Positions 14,546 to 23,445 of a DNA stretch of 24,253 nucleotides are shown in pieces. Below the pieces are notes generated by a model. It did no database searches. It was not told the DNA's origin and worked only from the letters and a program-made list of their open reading frames with translations. Positions within the stretch are counted from its first letter, which is position 1; the number at the start of each line of letters is the position of its first letter. Where the stretch lies: positions 1-24,253 of the forward strand of contig CAYLTX010000024.1 of assembly GCA_964386725.1 (NCBI GenBank), given 5' to 3'. The stretch comes from an uncultured Bradymonadales bacterium (lineage in GTDB: Bacteria > Myxococcota_A > Bradymonadia > Bradymonadales > Bradymonadaceae). A program made the translations under genes and the position numbers.

Positions 14546-17500
14546 TACTCCCCCTCCGGCACCGCCGCCCCACGCAGCGCGTCGAGCTTTTTCATCACCT
14601 CGTCGAGCTGCGCATCGCGCTTCTGATCGTCGTCAGCTTCCCGATAGACGAATTTCGCCAACGGCAAAATCGCGCTCTCGATGAGCCCGAGCTGCGACTC
14701 GAGGACCTCGCCGAGCTTGGTGGGCATATCGCCGACGACTTGGACTTCGAGCTTGGCCTTTTGCAGGGATTGGAGCGCTTGGGCCAGCGCCTGAGCGGCG
14801 GCTGGTTCGGTTTGTTGGTTAGTCGGTTCTTGGGGTCCCCTCCGCCTCGCTTCGCTCCGCACCTCCCCCGCTCGGGGAGGGGATATCTGCCTCTCTGCGG
14901 CCTTCTCTGCTGAGTCGGCGGCGCGCTCCAGCGCACCGCGGATGTGGGTGAGCTCGCCGCTGAGGCTGTCGGTGGAGAGCGCCGTGTGGACGTCTTCGAG
15001 GCGTTGGACGAGTGTGGAAAGGGGGCCGGCGACGCGGCTGACGGGGTCGTCCTCGCCGCCGCCCATCATCTTGCGGCGCTTGAACTCGCGGCGGATTTCT
15101 TCCCAGCGGGCTTCTTTTTCGGGCGTCATCTTGCCGCGCAGCTCGGCCAGTTTGAGCAGGTTTTGCTCGCTGCCGGTGGTCAGCGTCTGGGCTTCCTGGT
15201 TGTAGTGGTTGTCGATGAGCTGCTCGACCTCGTCGTCGTTCATAGCCGAGGCGAGCTTCTCGGTCATCTTATTCATGTTGCGGTAGCTGCCCTGCAGCTG
15301 GAAGGGCGGTTCGGTGCGGTACTCGTCCTTCTTGCCCGCCGAGATGATGTACTGCTGGTTGACCTTCAGCACCACGTCGCGGATCTGCATGAGCTTTTCG
15401 AGCACGTTGACGATCTCGCCGGCCTCGACCGAGGAGTAGGCGTGGTCGAAGTCGCTCAGGGGGACTTGCTTGCCCTGGGCCATCTTCAAAAACCGGCCGA
15501 TATCGGCGCGCTCGCGGGTGACCAGCGGGGCGGTGACCTTGTTGGAGGTCAGCGCGTTCTCGATATAGCTGAGCTCGAAGACTTCGCGTTTGCCGTCGAG
15601 GATATCGCCCAAATTGTAAGTGTCGGCGCGGTTGGCGAGCATGTCCGGGATGGTGAAGCGCTCGCCGCTTTCGGTATACGGGTTGCCGGCCATGACCACC
15701 GCGAAGCGCTTGCCGCGCAGGTCGAAGGTCTTGGTCTCTCCGTTCCAGACGCCCTCGATGCGACGCGTGGAGTCGCATAGCGAGATGAATTTTTGCAAAA
15801 ACTCGGGGTGGGTGTGCTGGATATCGTCCAGATATAGCATCACGTTATTGCCCATCTCGAGGGCCTGGTTGATCTTTTCGACCTCCTGGCGGGCGGTGGC
15901 GTTGGGGGCCTCGGTGGCGTCGAGCGAGGTGACGTCGTGGCCCAAGGACGGCGCGTTGATCTTCATAAACATCAGGCCGAGCCGGTCGGCGACGTACTCC
16001 ATCAGGGTCGTCTTGCCGTAGCCGGGCGGCGAAATCAGCAGCAAAAGGCCGCTGCGATCCGAGCGGCTGTCCTCGCCGACGGTGCCCATCTGCTTGGCGA
16101 GGTTGTCGCCGATCAGCGGCAGGTAGGCCTCGTCGATGAGCCGGTTTCGCACAAAGCCGCTGAAGACCTGCGGCTCCATATCGTCGACGCGCAGCCGGCG
16201 GCGCTCGCGCTCGAGCAGCGCGCGGCTCAGCCGCTTATACTCTTTATAGGCGGGCACGTGCTCGTCGACGTAGCGGCGAAGCCGGGTCAAAAACTCGTCG
16301 AGGCGAAGCTCCATCGTGCCGTTGTCGATGCGCGGATGCTGGCCGAGCAGCTCTTTGACCTGGGTCGCGGTCTGCGCCGAGGTGGTCTGGCGGTCGATGT
16401 CCCCGTCGGTCAGGATCAGCGCGGCGACCTCGGGCACCAGGTGCGCGAGGTCGTCGTCGAGCTGGCTTTGCTCGAAGCCGGAGACCCAATCGACCATCAG
16501 ATCCCAGCTCGCGCTGAGGTCGCCCTCGAGCTTCTCGAGATCTTCGTCGAAGTCGAGGTGGGAGTGGTGGCGGTCGAGGTAGTCGTAGAAGGCTTTGCGC
16601 AGATCGGTGGCTTCGCCGCTGGCGATAAACCGGGGGTCCTGGTCGACGAGCTCTTCGGCGAGGTAGCGGCCGGCTTCGCGGGCGAGGCCCGTAAGCTGAT
16701 GCGCTGATGCGCTGAAGCGGGCAAGCTGCCCGCGCTCCATGAACTCTTCTATCTCCGTCGCTAATTCTTGGCCCAGCCGCTCGAGCGGCTCACCGTGGGC
16801 GAAGACCTCGCGCAGCCGGCCGAGGCTGACGCCGCGGCGCGCCCACCTCCGGCGCTGCTCGGGCTGGTCGGCGTAGGCCCAGAAGACCGTGGCCAGCGCG
16901 CGCGCCTCGGGGGTGTAGCGCAGCAGGCCGGCGGTGGCGTACATGCCCATGAGCTTCTTGAGGATCTTGATCGTATCGTCGTCGTGCACGCCGCGCTCAT
17001 AGCCCTCGTCGTAGCGCTCGTTCATGCGCTCGCGGATGAGCTTTCTGAGCGTGTCGGTGTCGCTGAGCAGGGCGTGCAGCTCGTCGACTGTAAGCTCGCT
17101 ATCGTTCTTCTCGGCCTCGAAGAGGATCGTCGCCGCCAGGTATTCGGCGCGGTAGACCTCGTCGGTCTCCGAGATGAGGTGCTGGTCCCAAAAGGGCCGC
17201 GTCTTGGCGAAGTCCTCGTCGTCGATCGGCTCGAGAAAGTCGGTGCCGGTGATATGCAGCGCCATACGTCTTTGGCCACCGTCTGGGCCGCCATCATCGT
17301 GGGGCACCATGGTCATCTCGGCCGGCTGCGTGTTCACGCTGAACCGGTGGCCGCCGAATTTGATGACGTTGTCGCCGCCCTCGAAGAGGTCGAGCTTGTC
17401 GCGCAGTTGGCGGACGGCCTTGTCCTTGGCGGCCTTGAGCTGGGTGTCGATGTCGTCGGCTTTGACGTCTTCTTCGAGCTCGCGCAGCCGCTCGACCAGG

Positions 17501-19914
17501 TCGCGCACCTTCATGACCATCGCGTCGGAGGCGAAGTAGCCGTTCAGATCCTCGACCGACTCCATATTGGAGGCGCGTCGGACCACGCCCTCGAGGATGC
17601 GCTCGGCGCTGCGGGCGATATTATTGGCCTGGCGCTGGCGCTCCTCGAGGAGCTGCTGCTTCCTGGTCTCGAAGACCTCGTAGACCTCGTCGCGCTTCTC
17701 GGCGAGCTTGCCCAAGAAGCCGTCGAAGTCGCTGAAGCGACTCTCGAGCTCCTCGAGCTGGACGGTCAGCCGGGTGAGCTGCTCGTCGCAGGCGTCCGGG
17801 GTGTTGGCCATGCCCAGGGCGCTGGTCACGCTCTGGCTAAAGAGCTGGAATTGGACGGCAAATTCGGCTTTGCCCTCTTTTTCCTGCAGCTCTTTTTTAT
17901 TGCGATCGAGCTTCGCCCGGGCGCGGTTTTGGCGGCTGAGCGCCTCCCCGATATTCTCCAGGATCCGGGTGCGCTTATTGGGGTCGTCGACCTTCAGGCC
18001 GCTGACGACTTCGGTGAGCAGGTTCAGCCCGAGGTTGATCTCGTCGAGCTTCTCCAACATCTCGTCGGCCTGGCGGGTGTCCTCGAGCTGGTCGACGGTC
18101 CCTTCGATCTCGGCGAGGCCGTCCTGGTAGGTCGACAGGGCGTCTTCGCGCAGCAAAAAATCGACGGTCGCCCGGCTGAGCTCGTCGTAGCGATCGCTGA
18201 CCTCTTCTTCGAGCTCTTCGAGGCGCGCGAGGTCGATATAGCGCATCTCCTCGAGGGTGATCAGCGCGCCGCGGTGCTTGCGCAGCTTGTCGAGGCCCTC
18301 GACGAAGCGGTCGATGCGCTTCCAATCGTGGTAGCGCACGTCAGTCATCAGGCCGCGCTGCTTTTGCACGGCCTCGGCGAGTGCGTCGCGGGCCTGCTCC
18401 TTGCGGGCGGTGACCTTCTGGAACTCGTCGATGACCAGCTCGGCGGTCTCGATGATCTCGGAGGTGACGCTGGCCAGGTTCTCGGCCTCGTCTTTGTCGA
18501 GCCAGAAATACGCGTCGAGCAGCCTTTGGGCGTTGGTGATCAGCGCCTCGTAGACCGGCAAAGACGGCTCGAGATCGCCGATCATCGAGCAGAGGCTATA
18601 GGCGTCGGAGACCCCGCGGACCAGCTCTTTATTGCCGATGCTCGACAGCAGCGAGTCGTCGGTGGGCTGGTTGGCGGCATGCTCGTCGCTGATAAACGGC
18701 GTCTGCCAGATCTGCATCGGGTGGATGCGGGTGGGCTCGTCGCCCATGAACCGAAATACGATCATCGTGCCGTCGTCGAAGAGGCTGTAGCCGTGGCAGT
18801 TGATCGGGTTCTGGACGCCCTTTTGGATGACGTTATAGGCGAGCAGCAGGTAGCTGCCGTCTTGCGGGTGGTAAAAGACGTATAAAACGTCCTCGCCGTT
18901 GGCCGATTTGATGACGCTGTGGGTGCGCAGGCCCTCGACGGCGCCGTCGAATTTGCGAAATTGGCCGTTCGACAGCGCAATGCCGCCCGGGAAGATCACG
19001 CCCTGGTCCTCGGGCAGCCGGATGCAGGATTGGCCGATGGCGTCGATGCGCTCGATCTGCTGGGTGAGCTTATTATAGATGAAGTAGCGCCAGCGCTCCT
19101 CGCGGTACGGCAGGATCTTGAGGAGGATCAGATTGCCGATCTCGGCGTAGCCGAATTCCCCGTCGCCCAGCGACTGGTGTTTGTCCTCGACCGGCTCGTT
19201 GTAGATGCCTTTGCCGTCGTCGGTATTGTCCTCGATCTTGATGGTCAGATCGCCGCCGACGGTCTCGACGAAGACCTCGTCGAGGATGCTGATATGCGGG
19301 TGGTGGCCGGTGACGTGGTCCTCACGGGTGACCGTGCGCCACTCGAAGTCGTGAGCCTCGGGCGGCTTGAGATCGCGGTCGCCAGCGTTGTCCAGATATT
19401 CGATATTCTCGGCCGCATCGAGCCCCCAGCGCAAAACGCGGGCATCGTCGAGGGTCGAGCCGACCTGGAAGAGTGCGAGCAGCCGGCCCTCCGGCTTGAG
19501 CAATTGCCGCAGCCGCGCGTCCTTATAGTAGGTATAGAGCTCGTCGAAATCCTCGAGGAAATCCTTGTCGGCCAGGAAGTTCTCGCCGCCGTCGAGCGGC
19601 ACCGTCTCGAGCTTGAAGCCGTCGTCGGAGGTCTCGAAGGCGTGCAAGCTGAAGACGTCGTCGACCTCGGTCTTGGTCTTCAGGCCGATCTTGACGTTAT
19701 AGCCAAAGAGCAGCCTGCCGCCGATGGTGACGATGTCCTGCGGGATGCAGTTATTCTCGGTGCGGATGCGCTCCTGGCCGACCACCGTCATCTCGACGCC
19801 GCCGAACATCGCCTCGCGCTTCTCATTGAGGCGATCGGTCTTGTCGGCGAGCCGCTGCGCCTGATCCTCCAGGCGCTTGCGGATGATGTCGTAATTGCTG
19901 GACTCGATGGACAT
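14545..19914 (-). CDS. Very large (1789 aa) protein. It has an N-terminal ~450-aa globular region, a long central coiled-coil/helical region and a C-terminal AAA+ ATPase (AAA_5 / MoxR / dynein-like P-loop). Function is unknown.
   Basis: Walker A is LLLISPPGYGKTTL, Walker B is NVMLYLDDIQH and sensor-1-like is AVVMAGNP, at about aa 1280-1400. The coiled-coil region has extensive E/K/R/L-rich heptad-like segments. The start ATG overlaps the flotillin stop (TAATG), indicating translational coupling. Confidence 0.85.
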   Translation of the reverse strand: MSIESSNYDIIRKRLEDQAQRLADKTDRLNEKREAMFGGVEMTVVGQERIRTENNCIPQDIVTIGGRLLFGYNVKIGLKTKTEVDDVFSLHAFETSDDGFKLETVPLDGGENFLADKDFLEDFDELYTYYKDARLRQLLKPEGRLLALFQVGSTLDDARVLRWGLDAAENIEYLDNAGDRDLKPPEAHDFEWRTVTREDHVTGHHPHISILDEVFVETVGGDLTIKIEDNTDDGKGIYNEPVEDKHQSLGDGEFGYAEIGNLILLKILPYREERWRYFIYNKLTQQIERIDAIGQSCIRLPEDQGVIFPGGIALSNGQFRKFDGAVEGLRTHSVIKSANGEDVLYVFYHPQDGSYLLLAYNVIQKGVQNPINCHGYSLFDDGTMIVFRFMGDEPTRIHPMQIWQTPFISDEHAANQPTDDSLLSSIGNKELVRGVSDAYSLCSMIGDLEPSLPVYEALITNAQRLLDAYFWLDKDEAENLASVTSEIIETAELVIDEFQKVTARKEQARDALAEAVQKQRGLMTDVRYHDWKRIDRFVEGLDKLRKHRGALITLEEMRYIDLARLEELEEEVSDRYDELSRATVDFLLREDALSTYQDGLAEIEGTVDQLEDTRQADEMLEKLDEINLGLNLLTEVVSGLKVDDPNKRTRILENIGEALSRQNRARAKLDRNKKELQEKEGKAEFAVQFQLFSQSVTSALGMANTPDACDEQLTRLTVQLEELESRFSDFDGFLGKLAEKRDEVYEVFETRKQQLLEERQRQANNIARSAERILEGVVRRASNMESVEDLNGYFASDAMVMKVRDLVERLRELEEDVKADDIDTQLKAAKDKAVRQLRDKLDLFEGGDNVIKFGGHRFSVNTQPAEMTMVPHDDGGPDGGQRRMALHITGTDFLEPIDDEDFAKTRPFWDQHLISETDEVYRAEYLAATILFEAEKNDSELTVDELHALLSDTDTLRKLIRERMNERYDEGYERGVHDDDTIKILKKLMGMYATAGLLRYTPEARALATVFWAYADQPEQRRRWARRGVSLGRLREVFAHGEPLERLGQELATEIEEFMERGQLARFSASAHQLTGLAREAGRYLAEELVDQDPRFIASGEATDLRKAFYDYLDRHHSHLDFDEDLEKLEGDLSASWDLMVDWVSGFEQSQLDDDLAHLVPEVAALILTDGDIDRQTTSAQTATQVKELLGQHPRIDNGTMELRLDEFLTRLRRYVDEHVPAYKEYKRLSRALLERERRRLRVDDMEPQVFSGFVRNRLIDEAYLPLIGDNLAKQMGTVGEDSRSDRSGLLLLISPPGYGKTTLMEYVADRLGLMFMKINAPSLGHDVTSLDATEAPNATARQEVEKINQALEMGNNVMLYLDDIQHTHPEFLQKFISLCDSTRRIEGVWNGETKTFDLRGKRFAVVMAGNPYTESGERFTIPDMLANRADTYNLGDILDGKREVFELSYIENALTSNKVTAPLVTRERADIGRFLKMAQGKQVPLSDFDHAYSSVEAGEIVNVLEKLMQIRDVVLKVNQQYIISAGKKDEYRTEPPFQLQGSYRNMNKMTEKLASAMNDDEVEQLIDNHYNQEAQTLTTGSEQNLLKLAELRGKMTPEKEARWEEIRREFKRRKMMGGGEDDPVSRVAGPLSTLVQRLEDVHTALSTDSLSGELTHIRGALERAADSAEKAAERQISPPRAGEVRSEARRRGPQEPTNQQTEPAAAQALAQALQSLQKAKLEVQVVGDMPTKLGEVLESQLGLIESAILPLAKFVYREADDDQKRDAQLDEVMKKLDALRGAAVPEGE

Positions 19915-22136
19915 TATTCACCGGGGGTCAGGTCGGGCGTGGACTCCTCGTCGGATTGGGCGTCGGACTTGTTGCCGGATTGGGCGTCCGCTCTGGCGAG
20001 TTGGCCGAGCCTGTCGGAGACCTCTTCGACGTCGATGTCCTCGGCGTCCTTATCGGAGTGCTTGTCCGAGCCGGGGAAATTGCCCATGCCGTCCATGACC
20101 TTGCCCAGCATCTTCTGGGCGGTGGGGCTGTGGTCCATGAAGCCCTCGACCATTTTGCCGACGGTGACCGACTTGGTGAAGTTCTCGAAGAACGAGTCCT
20201 GGCCGCCGACGATATTGATATTGGATGCCTTGAACGCGTCGCCGAGCACGTCGGCTTGGGCGCGGGCGATCTCGATGGACTTGGCGAGCTTCTCCATGCC
20301 CAGCTCTCGGTAAAGGTCGAGCTGCATCTGGAATTGCTCGAATTCGTAGCCTTCGGCGTCGAAGTTTTTCATCGCTTCGGCCTTCTCGGTCAGACCCTCG
20401 GCCTCGGCGGCGAGCTTGTCGCGGATGGCCTTGGCGTCGGCCTCGCCCATGTCGGCGCGGACCTTGGCGCGGGCCATGCCTTCCTCGCGGATGGCGTTGG
20501 CCTCGGCCTCTTTGATGCGCACGCTCACCATGCCCTGCTCTTCTTCGCCGGCGGCCTGCGCGGTCATCTTCTCGCGGGTGACCTTGGCTTCTGCCAGGCC
20601 CTCCTTCTCGATGGCCTCGGCCCGCTTTTCGGTCAGTCGGATGTCGACCATACCGGTCTCTTCGTTGCCGGCGGCTTCGGCGAGCATCTTCTCCTTGCGG
20701 ACCCTGGCGTCGACCATGCCCTGCTTTTCGTTGGCCTGCGCGTCGGCTTCTTTGACGCGGACCTTGGCCAGGCCGGGTGCGGCCTCTTCGGCCTCGATAC
20801 CCTCGGCCATGCGTTGCTTGGCCTTGGCGATGCGGTCGGCGGCGTCGAGCTCGGCGTCGGCTTCGACGACGCGCTGCTTGGCGCGGTGCTGGGCGGCTTG
20901 CTCTTCGGCCTCGGCGGCCTTGATATCCTTGACCAGTGCCTCTTCGGCCTCGCCCTCGGCGGCGATGACCGCGGCCTTCTTCTTACGCTCGGCGTCGGCG
21001 ATGACGCGCAGATCTTGGATGCGCTCTTCTTCCTCGGCCACCGTCTTGTCGACCGAGACGCGGTCGCGCACGATCTCGGCGATATTCTTCTTTTCGACCT
21101 CGACTTCTTTGTCTTTCTCGATGCGCTGCAGCTCGGTCTCGCGCTCTCGGCTGATGACCTGGAGCTGGCGCTCTTTTTCGACGTTTTCGGTCTCCACGGC
21201 GATGACGCGCTCGCGGTTTTTCTCGGCGACCTGTTCTTCGCGGGTCTTGTTGACCTTCTCGACCTCGATCTCCTGCTGAGCCTTGAGCTTGGCGCGCTCG
21301 GCTCGGGAGTACTCCTTGGCGGAGAGCTCGTCGGCCTCGGCCTGCTCGCGGGCCTGGACGACGTCGATCTCGCGCTTTTGCTTGGCCTCGGCTTCGGCCT
21401 GCTGGCGCTCGTATTCGAGCAGCGCCATCTTGGTCTCGAGGTCATCTTTGCCGATGTCCTTCTTGGCCTTGTTGGCAAATTCGTTGGTGCGGAAGCGCTG
21501 ATCACTGGTCAGGTCAGTGATCTTGCGGATGCCCTGCGAGTCCAGAATATTCTGCGGATCGAGGTCCTCGACCGGGGTCTGCTCGAGGAAGTCAATGGCG
21601 GCGTCCTCGAGGACGTAGCCGTTGAGGTCTTCGCCGATGATCTCGATGATATCGTCGCGGAAGCGCACGCGCTCGTTGTACAGCGACTCGAATTCGAGGC
21701 TCTTACCGACGGTCTTGAGCGCCTCGGAGAATTTGGCGGCGAAGAGCTCCTCGATCTTGTCGTGGTCCGAGGCGCGCTTGCAGCCGACCGATTGGGCGAC
21801 CTTGAGCACGTCCTTGGCAGTCTGGTTGACCCGTACGAAGAAGGTGACCTTGATGTCGGCGCGGATATTGTCCGCGCAGATCAGCCCCTCTTTGCCGCGC
21901 CGGTCGATCTCGATGGTCTTCAGCGAGACGTCCATGAACTCGGCGCGGTGGATCACCGGCAGGACCAGCCCACCTTTGAAGGTCACCTCCGGATCGGTGT
22001 TGCCGGTCTTGTTGATGATCAGCGCCTGGCCCTGATCGACCTTGATGTAGCGGTTGATGAAAAAGGCGACCACGCCGAAGAGGATGACTCCGCCTCCGAT
22101 GATTCCGAATAATAAAGCAGCGCTGATTCCTGACAT
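19914..22136 (-). CDS. Flotillin-family SPFH/band-7 protein (YqiK/FloT-like) with an extended EA-rich coiled-coil and three ~40-aa tandem repeats.
   Basis: It has an N-terminal TM helix (ISAALLFGIIGGGVILFGVVAFFI). The SPFH core reads KVDQGQALIINKTG...VSLKTIEID. Long EAEAKQKRE / AEAEEQAA coiled-coil flotillin-type repeats follow. The repeated unit is AAGxEExGMVxxRxxExxAxAIxxEGxAxAKV (about nt 20440-20760). The RBS AGGAGA lies 7 nt upstream. Confidence 0.9.
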   Translation of the reverse strand: MSGISAALLFGIIGGGVILFGVVAFFINRYIKVDQGQALIINKTGNTDPEVTFKGGLVLPVIHRAEFMDVSLKTIEIDRRGKEGLICADNIRADIKVTFFVRVNQTAKDVLKVAQSVGCKRASDHDKIEELFAAKFSEALKTVGKSLEFESLYNERVRFRDDIIEIIGEDLNGYVLEDAAIDFLEQTPVEDLDPQNILDSQGIRKITDLTSDQRFRTNEFANKAKKDIGKDDLETKMALLEYERQQAEAEAKQKREIDVVQAREQAEADELSAKEYSRAERAKLKAQQEIEVEKVNKTREEQVAEKNRERVIAVETENVEKERQLQVISRERETELQRIEKDKEVEVEKKNIAEIVRDRVSVDKTVAEEEERIQDLRVIADAERKKKAAVIAAEGEAEEALVKDIKAAEAEEQAAQHRAKQRVVEADAELDAADRIAKAKQRMAEGIEAEEAAPGLAKVRVKEADAQANEKQGMVDARVRKEKMLAEAAGNEETGMVDIRLTEKRAEAIEKEGLAEAKVTREKMTAQAAGEEEQGMVSVRIKEAEANAIREEGMARAKVRADMGEADAKAIRDKLAAEAEGLTEKAEAMKNFDAEGYEFEQFQMQLDLYRELGMEKLAKSIEIARAQADVLGDAFKASNINIVGGQDSFFENFTKSVTVGKMVEGFMDHSPTAQKMLGKVMDGMGNFPGSDKHSDKDAEDIDVEEVSDRLGQLARADAQSGNKSDAQSDEESTPDLTPGE

Positions 22137-22172
22137 CAGCTTTCTCCTGTCTGGTGGTGATATTGCGCGTAA

Positions 22173-22955
22173 TTATGCAGTGGGTTCTTCAGCTTTTTCT
22201 TGGATCTCGGAGGCGGCCGGCTGGTCTTCGAAGGCCACCTCGTCGGCATAGTCGTCATCATCGTCGGCCAATAGATCGTCGTAGGGCTCGACGAAGAAGA
22301 CTTCATCCTCGGCGTCGTATTCGATGAGCAGCGCGCGTGAGCCGCGCGTCAGCGCGCCTTCAGTCTCACAGCGGATCGACACCAGCAGTCCGGCGCCGCC
22401 GTCGTCGACCTCGCCGCGGCCGAAGCTCTCGGTGACCCGCCCGGAGGTGACTTTGCACAGCTTGCCGACCAGCGAATGCCCGCCCGTTTTGGTGTGAATT
22501 TCGAAGAGGCCCTTGAGCGGATGGGTGAAGATCGAGGTGATCGGAAGCCCCACGATGACGCTTCCGACGACCACGCCCAGCCCCACGAAGACACCGGTGC
22601 CGAAGATCGGCCCCAGGTAATAGACCGCGGCAAAACACAAAAACCAGGAGACCAGCGTCAGAATGCTGGCGATGATGGTCACCGGCACCCGGCCCAGGCC
22701 GATGGCGGCCATCATCGCGTGCAAAAAGCCGCCATGGGAGCCCGCGTCGACATCGGCATCGGCGTCGATATCAGCGTCCACATCGGCGTCGAAGTCGATG
22801 TCGACATCCACCTCGTCGAACTCGAAGTCGAAGTCGAATAGCTCGATGTCGACCGCGCCGACGATGGCCATCAGCCAATACATCACGACTAAGATCAACA
22901 TCCCCGAGAAGATGACGGTCGGGAAGGAGAGGGCGATGTCGAGAAATTCAGTCAT
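22173..22955 (-). CDS. NfeD/YqiJ-like membrane protein. It has N-terminal TM helices and a C-terminal OB-fold, and is the typical partner of SPFH proteins. Here it carries an unusual acidic D/F/V repeat loop.
   Basis: TM segments are present (FPTVIFSGMLILVVMYWLMAIVGAV; IIASILTLVSWFLCFAAVYYLGPIFG; VFVGLGVVVGSVIVGLPI). The C-terminal beta-rich segment GKLCKVTSGRVTESFGRGEVDDGGAGLLVSIRCETEGALTRGSRALLIEY resembles an NfeD OB-fold. It lies immediately upstream of the flotillin gene in the same orientation. The acidic loop is DIELFDFDFEFDEVDVDIDFDADVDADIDADADVDA. Confidence 0.7.
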   Translation of the reverse strand: MTEFLDIALSFPTVIFSGMLILVVMYWLMAIVGAVDIELFDFDFEFDEVDVDIDFDADVDADIDADADVDAGSHGGFLHAMMAAIGLGRVPVTIIASILTLVSWFLCFAAVYYLGPIFGTGVFVGLGVVVGSVIVGLPITSIFTHPLKGLFEIHTKTGGHSLVGKLCKVTSGRVTESFGRGEVDDGGAGLLVSIRCETEGALTRGSRALLIEYDAEDEVFFVEPYDDLLADDDDDYADEVAFEDQPAASEIQEKAEEPTA

Positions 22956-23010
22956 GCCGCTCAGAGTGGCTGCAAAGGCCCACGGTTGTTGCTAATGTTC
23001 GTGAGGCACG

Positions 23011-23039
23011 TTTGTAGCCAATCTGAGCGGTTTTAACAA
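23011..23039 (-). promoter_or_regulatory. Candidate sigma70-like promoter on the minus strand: TTGTTA, 17-nt spacer, TACAAA. It lies ~55 nt upstream of the NfeD-like gene start.
   Basis: The hexamers are read off the reverse complement of 23011-23039. This is a weak call with no experimental support. Confidence 0.2.
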
Positions 23040-23058
23040 CAGCCGAGCGGACTTATCG

Positions 23059-23319
23059 TTATTGCAGTGCGGCGCTCTTTGCGCTCTCTTGGATCTTGAA
23101 CTCGAATCCCTTCTTGAGCCTGTTGAGCGGCTTGAATTCGGCCTGATCCTTGTGCTTCTCCCAGAAGACGTCGCCGCCCTTGCGTTTTCCCTCGATATCC
23201 ATCTTATCGAAGTCGATGAATTGCGAGTCCGGCTCGTCAGCACTTTGGGACTGAGCGGCCACCGGCGCGGCCACGGCCATGAACGATAGGGCGACCAACA
23301 TAGCGATGAGCTTCTTCAT
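23059..23319 (-). CDS. Small (86 aa) secreted protein of unknown function with a signal peptide.
   Basis: The RBS AGGAGA lies 5 nt upstream of the ATG. The signal peptide reads MKKLIAMLVALSFMAVAAPVAAQ|SQ. The mature part is charged and lysine-rich (FIDFDKMDIEGKRKGGDVFWEKHK...). Confidence 0.6.
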   Translation of the reverse strand: MKKLIAMLVALSFMAVAAPVAAQSQSADEPDSQFIDFDKMDIEGKRKGGDVFWEKHKDQAEFKPLNRLKKGFEFKIQESAKSAALQ

Positions 23320-23445
23320 TGGGTTCTCCTGCAGATGTGATGTGGAGCTGGCAGTATAGCGGATGGTGCGCGCAGAATCACGGGTCGCATCGTGTCGACG
23401 GCAGGGACGCCGTCGATCCGGTTGGCTTCGTGCGGTCCTCCAACC

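Noticed and set aside
15937-22112. Series of long plus-strand ORFs (15937..16707, 16768..18885, 18919..20313, 19956..22112, 20416..21279) and the minus-strand ORF 20633..21505
   Set aside because: They are antisense or alternate-frame to the 1789-aa ATPase and the flotillin genes. Their translations are Gly/Leu/Val/Asp low-complexity mirrors of the coiled-coil coding strand.
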